This document shows positions 37,096 through 44,367 of a stretch of DNA of 64,000 nt, piece by piece; position 1 is the first letter of the stretch; each line of letters starts with the position of its first letter. A program made the translations under genes and the position numbers. The stretch is from Bacillota bacterium. Lineage in GTDB: Bacteria > Bacillota > Clostridia > Christensenellales > CAG-138. The stretch is taken from contig JAEWCL010000020.1 in the NCBI GenBank assembly GCA_023390655.1, forward strand, positions 3,275-67,274, written 5' to 3'. The notes beneath the pieces were generated by a model. The model worked only from the letters and a program-made list of their open reading frames with translations, had not been told where the DNA came from and ran no database searches.

Positions 37096-38562
37096 CTAAA
37101 GCTCCACGATTTCAGTCGCCACCGCGTCGAGAAACGCGTGGTCATGCTCTACAAACAGCATGGTCGGCGTATAGTCCTTGAGCAGATTTTCAATCTGCAT
37201 ACGGGAAAGCACATCGATATAATTGAGCGGCTCATCCCAGAGGTAGAGATGCGCCTGCTCGCACAGGCTATGCGCCAGCAGCACTTTCTTCCGCTGCCCG
37301 GCGGAGAAGGCGCGCATATCCTTTTCAAACTGTACGCGGGGAAAATCAAGCTTTCGCAGCAGCGTTAAAAAAAGGCTCAGGTCAACACCGCAGCTTTTTG
37401 CATAGGCCATCACATCCCCTTCTAAAAAGGACGTATCCTGCGGCACATAGGAAATCACGAGATTGCTCGCAAGCCGTAGCGTGCCGGAGTGGGGAATATC
37501 CTGCCCTGCGATCAGCTTGAGAATGCTGGATTTCCCGCTGCCGTTCTTGCCTGCAAGCGCCACGCGCGCGCCCTTTTTGATATCGAGCGTCAGACCGGAG
37601 AGGATGGGGCGTTCTCCATATTGGATGGAAAGCTCTTTTGCTTCCACAAGCGCTTTTGCATGATGGGGGAGGGGACGCAGCAGGAGCGCGCTCGCGTACT
37701 CGATATTCTTGAGCAGGCTTTCTTTTTGCTCCAGTACAGCCTCCCGCCGCTTCTCTATGGCGGTGGCGCGTTTCATCATCTTTGCGGCCTTGTGGCCGAC
37801 AGCCCCCCGGTCCCCCACATGCTCGCCAATCTTCGTCGCTTCCACACGGTCAGACCAGTTGGCGGTTCTCGCCGCCGCATCGGAAAGCCGTCTGATTTCC
37901 CCTTTGAGCTTTTCATTCTCCGCAAGCTCAAAGGCGTCCCGCTGCTCTTTATTGGCGAACCAGGTGGAGAAATTGCCCTTTACCACCTGCATGCTGTCTT
38001 TGTTGATGGCTAAGATGTGGTCCACACAGCCATCTAAGAATGTGCGGTCATGGGAAACCAGTAAAAACCCACGTTTGGCCTTTAGATACGCGGCGACAAG
38101 CGCCCTTGCGTTGAGATCGAGATGGTTGGTCGGCTCGTCAATGAGCAGGAACCGTTCGGGGTTGACAAACAGCGCCGCAAGCAGCGCCTTTGTCTGTTCC
38201 CCACCGCTGAGTGTGGAAAACGGGCGGTACAGCGCGTCTTCGCCCACCTGAAGTAATAAAAGCTCCTTCAATAGCTGCCATTCCAAAGCATCGGGCGCTA
38301 CTGCGCGCAGTACGTCCATGGTCAGGTTGTCTGTATCCGGGACCTCATATGGAAAATAGGAAAACGCTACCGGGGAGGAAATGATGCCCGAATACGCGTA
38401 TTGCCCCAATAACAGACGCAACAATGTGGTTTTCCCCCTCCCGTTGCGGCCGACGAAGCCAAGCTTCCAATCCGTGTCAAAGCTTACCGTTAAATTTTCA
38501 AACACATTGTCATGGCTGCCGTCGTACCCGAATGTCAGCGATTTGATGGATATCTGTGACAT
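37096..38562 (-). CDS. ABC-F ribosomal-protection protein, Lsa family (predicted lincosamide/streptogramin A/pleuromutilin-type resistance)
   Basis: No TM domains. Two ATPase cassettes (GRNGRGKTTLLRLL and GKNGSGKSS) with signatures LSGGEQTK and FSAGQRKK. N-terminal LTFGYDGS...FDTDWKLGFVGRNGRGKTT and the linker RDAFELAENEKLKGEIRRL are Lsa-like. Confidence 0.85.
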   Translation of the reverse strand: MSQISIKSLTFGYDGSHDNVFENLTVSFDTDWKLGFVGRNGRGKTTLLRLLLGQYAYSGIISSPVAFSYFPYEVPDTDNLTMDVLRAVAPDALEWQLLKELLLLQVGEDALYRPFSTLSGGEQTKALLAALFVNPERFLLIDEPTNHLDLNARALVAAYLKAKRGFLLVSHDRTFLDGCVDHILAINKDSMQVVKGNFSTWFANKEQRDAFELAENEKLKGEIRRLSDAAARTANWSDRVEATKIGEHVGDRGAVGHKAAKMMKRATAIEKRREAVLEQKESLLKNIEYASALLLRPLPHHAKALVEAKELSIQYGERPILSGLTLDIKKGARVALAGKNGSGKSSILKLIAGQDIPHSGTLRLASNLVISYVPQDTSFLEGDVMAYAKSCGVDLSLFLTLLRKLDFPRVQFEKDMRAFSAGQRKKVLLAHSLCEQAHLYLWDEPLNYIDVLSRMQIENLLKDYTPTMLFVEHDHAFLDAVATEIVEL

Positions 38563-38584
38563 AACCTTTGCCCTCCTGAAGCAT

Positions 38585-38618
38585 ACAAAAAAGCGGCGGG
38601 AAAGCGTTCCCGCCGCTT
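38585..38618 (-). terminator. Attenuator terminator in the ABC-F leader
   Basis: Minus strand: 12-bp stem AAGCGGCGGGAA-CGCT-TTCCCGCCGCTT followed by TTTTTTG. It ends about 20 nt before the ABC-F RBS. Confidence 0.85.
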
Positions 38619-38727
38619 ATGCGCAAATAAGAGCAGCAAAAGTGGCTGTTGTGGGATTTAAAGGTGCTTTCACTTTCCCGCAATGGCAGCCCTGCGTAAA
38701 CACACCGGCGCCATGCAAACAAATTGT

Positions 38728-38748
38728 TTAGCGGGAAAAAATGCGCAT
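38728..38748 (-). CDS. Leader peptide MRIFSR (6 codons) of the ABC-F attenuator
   Basis: Minus strand: GGAGG, 9 nt, then ATG CGC ATT TTT TCC CGC TAA. Codons 4-6 (TTTTCCCGC) are complementary to GCGGGAAAG (38681-38673), which in turn can pair with CTTTCCCGC of the terminator 3' arm. Confidence 0.6.
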   Translation of the reverse strand: MRIFSR

Positions 38749-38777
38749 CCCTTCAAACCTCCATCGTTGTTATGCCC

Positions 38778-38807
38778 AGTATAAGGGTAAGGGCAGCCTT
38801 CTGTCAA
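38778..38807 (-). promoter_or_regulatory. Sigma-A promoter of the ABC-F leader transcript
   Basis: Minus strand: TTGACA (38807-38802), 18-bp spacer, TATACT (38783-38778). Confidence 0.65.
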
Positions 38808-38831
38808 GTGAGTGCCCTTCCAATTTCTGCC

Positions 38832-39848
38832 TTAGCGCACCGGATGCGCCAGCTTGAAGTTGCCGAGTTCCCCAAACAGGGAGAGTTCCACATACATGCG
38901 GCCATTTTTCACGATGGGCGCTGTGGTGTAGCGTTCCTCACCCTGATAAGTGAAGGTGTCCTTACCCTCGGAAATCACAGCTACGACCTTGCCGGATTTT
39001 TTGAGCGTGAGAGTCTTGGCCTTAGCTTGATAGCTCGTGGAGAAGCCAAGCTTCTTTGCGACTTCCTGCGCGGGGAGCCATACCATACCGTTTTCCAGCA
39101 ACGCTTTATAGCGGATGCTTGCGCCGTTGACGCGAATGGCGGTATCAATGACGGAAACATAGCCGTCATATTCATCCGCAAACGCAATCACCTGGTCGCT
39201 GCCGGCCTGGGCGGGATAGCTGAGTGCTGCAACAGCATACCAGACAACGAGCTTGGTGCCGGGCTTGATGGCGGAAAGCTTGATGGTCTTATTCGTGTTG
39301 AACAGGGCGATCTTGGTGTTCTTCGGAATGGTGAAGTAGAGGTCCTGCTCCGCATTCAACAGGGTGACGCTGCCGTCCTTGTTTTTTGTGACCTTTTCCA
39401 CTTCAAGGAACTGGCCGGCAGGAACATCCTGCGGTACGTTTACAACAAGCGCTTCCGCATTGGCAATGGCTGGGAGGCTGCGGGTGGTGAAGGGGCTATG
39501 CCACGCGTATACCGTGCTGCCGATCATCAGATCCTTGGGCTCTACAGCGGTACGCTTAACGGAATCTACAATCTTTGTGGTATCGGAGATGTTGAGGATG
39601 ATGCTCTCCTGATTGTCCCCTTTTACCACTTCCACATGGATGACGCCGTCTGTGATGGTGACATTTTTAATGGTTCCCCATATGGTGATATAAGGGCTTT
39701 TGACTTCACTCATCACAGGGGCTTCTTCCACAGTGCCGGGCAGGGTGGTAATGGTGCTGCCGATGGCTGCAAATGCGGTCTGGCCAATCAGCACGCTCAG
39801 CAACAGCGCAACAAGCAGTAAACTTCCAAGTCTTTGTTTGAGGTTCAT
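38832..39848 (-). CDS. Secreted protein with C-terminal copper-amine-oxidase-N-terminal-like ('stalk') domains
   Basis: Signal peptide ending TAFAA. IRVNGASIRYKALLENGMVWLPAQEVAKKLGF and APIVKNGRMYVELSLFGELG. RBS AAAAGGAGA. Confidence 0.6.
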   Translation of the reverse strand: MNLKQRLGSLLLVALLLSVLIGQTAFAAIGSTITTLPGTVEEAPVMSEVKSPYITIWGTIKNVTITDGVIHVEVVKGDNQESIILNISDTTKIVDSVKRTAVEPKDLMIGSTVYAWHSPFTTRSLPAIANAEALVVNVPQDVPAGQFLEVEKVTKNKDGSVTLLNAEQDLYFTIPKNTKIALFNTNKTIKLSAIKPGTKLVVWYAVAALSYPAQAGSDQVIAFADEYDGYVSVIDTAIRVNGASIRYKALLENGMVWLPAQEVAKKLGFSTSYQAKAKTLTLKKSGKVVAVISEGKDTFTYQGEERYTTAPIVKNGRMYVELSLFGELGNFKLAHPVR

Positions 39849-39940
39849 TTCGATTCTCCTTTTGTTTTTCCCTTTGCCCTAATAACGGGTGAGCGGGCAG
39901 AAAGGTTCCATCAAAAACATGGAATAGGGTAGCAAATGCC

Positions 39941-40357
39941 TCAATCGCTGCAACATTTGCCGCGGGCATAACGCACCAGCCGGTCATTGAGATTGCCGGT
40001 GTGCAGCTCAAAAAGGTGATTGTCATAATCATAAAAATACAGGGAACTGCCTTCGCCGTCTATCCGGGGACGGTCCTGCCGGATGGTTAACCCGAGCCGG
40101 TGGATTTTTTCGCGGTATGCGTCCAGCTGTTCGGGCTGAATTTGAAAGGCAATGTGGTTATAGGTTTCTATGGGTAACGGCGGGCCTTCCATAATGCAGA
40201 ACCATATGCCGCAGATCAGAAAAAACTTTTCGCGGCTGATAGAAAATGGTACATCACCGCTTGCGTAGACCTCCTGCGCCCCAAACAGGTCTTCGTATAG
40301 CGCACCGGTACGGTCAATATCCTTGACGATGCGCGTGATATGGCTAAGTCCCAGCAT
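39941..40357 (-). CDS. fosX: Fosfomycin resistance protein, FosX-type (VOC/glyoxalase-fold metalloenzyme)
   Basis: Near full-length pattern match to FosX as recalled: LSHITRIVKDI, SREKFFLICGIWFCIMEG, TYNHIAFQI, RPRIDGEGSSLYFYDYDNHLFELHTG and LNDRL. Confidence 0.8.
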   Translation of the reverse strand: MLGLSHITRIVKDIDRTGALYEDLFGAQEVYASGDVPFSISREKFFLICGIWFCIMEGPPLPIETYNHIAFQIQPEQLDAYREKIHRLGLTIRQDRPRIDGEGSSLYFYDYDNHLFELHTGNLNDRLVRYARGKCCSD

Positions 40358-40420
40358 AACGCCCCTCCTTTTTTATTGAGTATAGCATGGCGATGCGCCT
40401 GTGGCTGTAAACAATCGGCC

Positions 40421-40456
40421 ACAAAAAAGGCAGCTGCCGGAGCAGCTGCCCTTTTA
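40421..40456. terminator. Bidirectional terminator ending the UbiD/UbiX operon
   Basis: 9-bp stem GGCAGCTGC / GCAGCTGCC with a 4-nt loop. The minus strand is followed by TTTTTTGT. Confidence 0.8.
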
Positions 40457-40469
40457 TCATGGATTACAA

Positions 40470-41339
40470 TCAGTTGCGGGAAGAAAGGTACAACAGCACC
40501 TGCGGCAATGCCTGCAACAGCCAATAGGTATAGCGTTCCGGGTGCTGTCTTACGTCCTGCATCAGGGCTTCGGGTTCCACCCAGCGGATCTCCTCCACTT
40601 CCTCCGGGCAGAACGTGACCGGGCCGTCATACCTGCCGATCATCACGTGATCAAGCTCGTTTTCCGTCAACCCGTTTTCAAACGCTTTTTCATACCGGAA
40701 GTGAAAGAGTTCCTCAATCGGCGCATGAAACCCCATTTCTTCCATCAGCCTGCGGGAGGCCGCATCGGCAAGCTGTTCGCCCCATGCGGGATGACTGCAG
40801 CAGGTATTGCTCCATAGGCCGCCCGAATGGTACTTTTCCGCATGCCGCTTTTGCAGCAGCAACCTGCCTTGGCTGTTGAATATGAATATGGAGAACGCGC
40901 GGTGCAGCCTGCCCTCCTGATGGGCCTGCAGCTTTAAAATGGGACGTATAGCTTGATCCGCCTCATCCACTTCCACGATGTACGCTTGCAGCAGATGCGT
41001 TACATGCGCGCCGACAAGTTCCCGTACCGCTTCGATTTCCTCAGGCGTGATGCGGTCCACATGAATGCCCGCGGCGACGGACACATGCTTTTGCAGCCGT
41101 TCGCACAACACATTTGATACATATTCCGCCACATCGCTGTCCTTATGCCCGGTTCGGTTGAAGGTGGAGGTCGTGGCGCGCGGGCTCTCGCCGTCCAGAA
41201 GGCTGGGGCGGGGAACGCTGAACGTTACGCAGCCGATGTGCGCATCGCCGCCCGAAAGCGAGACTATAAGATCTTCTCCCATTGGGATGGCGATCAAACG
41301 GATATGGATGCGCCCGCGCGAAAGCGTCTGTTCGTACAC
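40470..41339 (-). CDS. Fusion protein: LpdD-like (UbiD-decarboxylase accessory / prenylated-flavin chaperone family) N-terminal domain plus type-1 isopentenyl-diphosphate delta-isomerase (Nudix fold)
   Basis: GTG start 8 nt after AAAGGAG. N-terminal motifs: SGGDAHIGCVT, TGHKDSDV and AAGIHVDRIT. C-terminal motifs: LHRAFSIFIFNSQGRLLLQKR, WSNTCCSHP (catalytic Cys) and LTENELDHV (catalytic Glu). Confidence 0.75.
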   Translation of the reverse strand: MYEQTLSRGRIHIRLIAIPMGEDLIVSLSGGDAHIGCVTFSVPRPSLLDGESPRATTSTFNRTGHKDSDVAEYVSNVLCERLQKHVSVAAGIHVDRITPEEIEAVRELVGAHVTHLLQAYIVEVDEADQAIRPILKLQAHQEGRLHRAFSIFIFNSQGRLLLQKRHAEKYHSGGLWSNTCCSHPAWGEQLADAASRRLMEEMGFHAPIEELFHFRYEKAFENGLTENELDHVMIGRYDGPVTFCPEEVEEIRWVEPEALMQDVRQHPERYTYWLLQALPQVLLYLSSRN

Positions 41340-41370
41340 GTTCCCAGCTCCTTTCTTATGGCGAGGGTGA

Positions 41371-41973
41371 TTATGGCGTAGGCTCCATCCAGCGCTTCAA
41401 GCCTTGGTAAGAAACGCCGAATTGATCGAGTATTTTGCCTACCAGGTGCGCATTGAGCTCCTCAAGCGTCTTTGGCCTGTGGTAATAGGATACCATGGGC
41501 GGCAGAATCATTGCACCCATTTCGCTCAGCGAGAGCATATTGCGCAGGTGGATGGTGCTAAGCGGCGTTTCCCTTGCAACCAGCACAAGCTTGCGGCGCT
41601 CTTTTAAAATGACGTCAGCCGCCCGCAGGATCAGATTGTCCGAATAGCCGCATGCAATGCCCGCGACGGTTTTCATGCTGCAGGGAACGATGAGCATGCC
41701 TTCCGTACGGAAGGTGCCGCTTGCGATGCTCGCACCGATGTTCGAAAGCGCGTGCACCTGATCGGCAAGGGCATATACCTGCTCGGGCGTGTAGTCCGTC
41801 TCCTGCGCGATGGTCAGCTCCGCGCCCTTTGAAATGACAAGGTGCGTTTCAAATGCGCCGGTCTCCTTGAGCGCCTTTAGCACCTCAATCCCAAGCAAAG
41901 CGCCGCTGGAGCCTGTCATGGCGACAATCAGCCGTTTGCGGAACGTATCGGCAACATGGGGCATATCCTTCAT
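41371..41973 (-). CDS. ubiX: Flavin prenyltransferase UbiX (prFMN synthase)
   Basis: RLIVAMTGSSGALLGIEVLKAL, LIVPCSMKTVAGIACGYSDNLILRAADV and KERRKLVLVARETPL. Start set to ATG 41973, 8 nt after GAGGA. ATG 41982 and ATG 41964 are alternatives. Confidence 0.88.
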   Translation of the reverse strand: MKDMPHVADTFRKRLIVAMTGSSGALLGIEVLKALKETGAFETHLVISKGAELTIAQETDYTPEQVYALADQVHALSNIGASIASGTFRTEGMLIVPCSMKTVAGIACGYSDNLILRAADVILKERRKLVLVARETPLSTIHLRNMLSLSEMGAMILPPMVSYYHRPKTLEELNAHLVGKILDQFGVSYQGLKRWMEPTP

Positions 41974-41984
41974 TCCTTCCATCC

Positions 41985-42704
41985 TCAGCTGATGTAGGTG
42001 ACCCACAGATAGGAAATCGGCATCACAATCACCAACGCCGGCAGCATATTTGCAATCGCAAACGATTTGATACCGCTGATGCGGAGGCCCGTTGCCAGCA
42101 TGATCATGCCGCCGCAAGCGGTAAAGTCCGCGATCATGGCTTCGTTTGTCAACGGCAGGATGAATGTGGCGCTGAAGAACAGTGCCAGCAGCACCACAAC
42201 CTGGGGCACGCAGATGGCCATGACGAGATACCCAAGGGATGCCGCAAATATGGCGGAAGTGAAGAAGTCCAGTATGGATTTTGTCAGCAGTACGGAATGA
42301 TCCCCGGTCATCCCTTCCTTGAGCGCGCCGAAGATACCCGTGCCGCTGGCGCAGAACAGGATCAGGATGCCTACGAACTTCTCCATGAACTCCGCCTGGC
42401 TCTGATTGCTGCTGCCGCCGGAAAAGAGCTTTTCTACCGGGCCTTTTGCCTTAATGGCGACGGTTTCAATGCCTTTTTCCAGGCGGATGAGCTCACCAAT
42501 CGCCGTACCGACGATGAGAGAGAGCACCACTGCGGGCAGCGTGTGCATCTTGACGATGTAGTTGATGCCCATGGACATGGAAGCGGCGCCAAACACAAGG
42601 GGCAGGGAGGTGCGTAAGCGTTCAGGAATCTTTTTTCCCAGCAGCGCCCCCAAAAGTCCTCCAAACAGAACAGCAAGGCTGTTTACGATAACGCCAATCG
42701 GCAT
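41985..42704 (-). CDS. DUF554-family integral membrane protein (paralog 2), embedded in the UbiD/UbiX operon
   Basis: MPIGVIVNSLAVLFGGLLGALLGKKIPERL... with the same architecture as 15251-15937. RBS AGAGGGGG. 20-nt gap after ubiD. Confidence 0.8.
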   Translation of the reverse strand: MPIGVIVNSLAVLFGGLLGALLGKKIPERLRTSLPLVFGAASMSMGINYIVKMHTLPAVVLSLIVGTAIGELIRLEKGIETVAIKAKGPVEKLFSGGSSNQSQAEFMEKFVGILILFCASGTGIFGALKEGMTGDHSVLLTKSILDFFTSAIFAASLGYLVMAICVPQVVVLLALFFSATFILPLTNEAMIADFTACGGMIMLATGLRISGIKSFAIANMLPALVIVMPISYLWVTYIS

Positions 42705-42724
42705 AACAAGATACCCCCTCTTCT

Positions 42725-44206
42725 TTAGTTGAACAGCTCAGGTGCAAAACGGGCGGGATCAAGCTCCATAAACTTGGAGCGCTGGAATTTTTCCTTGAGC
42801 GCATATGGCACGGTGCAGTCGAAAATCACCTTGCAGGAAATGCCGCGGTCCCGGATCATGGGATTATAGGCGGTGTTCTCCGAAGGATCGAGCGGATGGC
42901 ACCTGACGCCGGGAATGAATATGGTATCGATATCCCCCTGGTAACGGGTGTTGAGCGCCCACATGACGTCGTTGCTGTCAAACGGGTCCACGTCCTCATC
43001 GACGAGGATGACATGCTTGAGCTCTGAAAACGCGGAGAACGCAAGCAACGCTGCCTGCCTCTGGCGGCCTTCGTCGCTGGGCTGGCTCTTTTTAAACTGC
43101 AGCACGGCCATATATTTGCCGCCGCCCGAAGCGTGCGCATAGACGTTTACCAGCCTGCCGGGCATGGCCTTTTCCACCATCTGCAGAATGCTCGCTTCCG
43201 TGGGAATGCCCGCCATGTTGACATGTTCCTCGCTGGGCCCGATGCACGTCTGCAAAATGGGATTCTTGCGGTGGGTGACCGCCTTTACCTTGATGATAGG
43301 CAGCTCGGGATATGCGCCGCCGGTATAGCCGGGGAATTCCGGCATGGCCTTGCCGGTGTTGGTGTTGATATCCTCGCGGATGCGCTTGTTGGGCAACAGC
43401 TCGCCTTCAATGACATATTCCGCGTTGGCGATTGCCTTTTCCCCAACGGTGATGCAATTGACAAGTTCCACGGGCGCTTTTCTGATTGCACCCGCGATGC
43501 TCAGCTCGTTATAGCCAAGCGGCGTTGTCGGGGGTTCAAAGCATGCGCCGATCTCGATAGCGGGGTCCACGCCGATGCTGATGGAAATGGGCAGCGGCTT
43601 GCCGGCGGCCTCCGCCTTTGCGCGGAATACTTCAAGATGCCGCGCGCCGGGGACGAAGTACATGGAGATTTCATCCTTGCTCTGCAGGCAGAGACGGTGG
43701 ATGGTGATATCGGATTCGCCCGTCTCCGGGTCGGAAGCGTAGCACATGCCCATCGTGATGTAGGGGCCTGCGTCCTCTTCCGTATTGGTGGGTGCGGGAA
43801 CAAGCTTTCTTACATCAAAGCCCGGTTCATCCGCACGGTATACAACTTCCTGGCAGGCGGCTTTTTCATTGGAGACCACCACGGGCGCAACGGGGCTTTT
43901 GACAGCTTCGTTGAGCAGGAACCCAAGCTTTTCCGGCTCTGCGCCAAGCATCAGCGCAACGCGCTTGCGGCTGGCGAGAAGGCCGATGATGACTTTTGCG
44001 TCCGGATGCCCTTTGACGTTGTTGAAGAGCATTGCGGGACCAATGCGCGTGGGACGCTTAACCGTGCCGCCGGCACCGACATACCGGTAAACGCCGGAGA
44101 TTTCCGCATGGGGATCCGCAGGTTCGTTCGTCTCGTACAGCTCTCCGGGGATGCTTCTGAGAAGCTCCAACGCGGAACGCAAGCTGTCGATTTTCTGTTC
44201 TGACAT
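42725..44206 (-). CDS. UbiD-family prFMN-dependent (de)carboxylase, AroY/LpdC-like (phenolic-acid decarboxylase subgroup)
   Basis: ISGVYRYVGAGGTVKRPTRIGPAMLFNNVKG, DAGPYITMGM, GKAMPEFPGYTG, IGPSEEHVNMAGIPTEASI and ILVDEDVDPFD. RBS AGGAGGAA. Confidence 0.88.
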   Translation of the reverse strand: MSEQKIDSLRSALELLRSIPGELYETNEPADPHAEISGVYRYVGAGGTVKRPTRIGPAMLFNNVKGHPDAKVIIGLLASRKRVALMLGAEPEKLGFLLNEAVKSPVAPVVVSNEKAACQEVVYRADEPGFDVRKLVPAPTNTEEDAGPYITMGMCYASDPETGESDITIHRLCLQSKDEISMYFVPGARHLEVFRAKAEAAGKPLPISISIGVDPAIEIGACFEPPTTPLGYNELSIAGAIRKAPVELVNCITVGEKAIANAEYVIEGELLPNKRIREDINTNTGKAMPEFPGYTGGAYPELPIIKVKAVTHRKNPILQTCIGPSEEHVNMAGIPTEASILQMVEKAMPGRLVNVYAHASGGGKYMAVLQFKKSQPSDEGRQRQAALLAFSAFSELKHVILVDEDVDPFDSNDVMWALNTRYQGDIDTIFIPGVRCHPLDPSENTAYNPMIRDRGISCKVIFDCTVPYALKEKFQRSKFMELDPARFAPELFN

Positions 44207-44263
44207 ACTGATTTCCTCCTATACAGATTTGTACGCGCCACAGTGCGCCTTGCTATGGCATGT

Positions 44264-44294
44264 AGTGTAAGATGTATAGTAGAAATACAGTCAA
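44264..44294 (-). promoter_or_regulatory. MerR-type promoter (19-bp spacer with internal dyad) upstream of ubiD
   Basis: Minus strand: TTGACT (44294-44289), 19-bp spacer GTATTTCTACTATACATCT containing the dyad TGTAT-N7-ATACA, then TACACT (44269-44264). Confidence 0.6.
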
Positions 44295-44367
44295 GCATTT
44301 TTCTGAAAAAAAGGAGATGCATAAAAAAAGCCTGTCATTACGGCGGGCAGTCAGAGGTTTTTTGCGG

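Noticed and set aside
38724-39821. 365-aa ORF on the + strand
   Set aside because: It is antisense to the secreted stalk-domain protein gene. It also overlaps the ABC-F leader region, where the minus strand carries a coherent promoter, leader and terminator.
43133-44203. 356-aa ORF on the + strand
   Set aside because: It is antisense to the UbiD-family gene and has no motifs.
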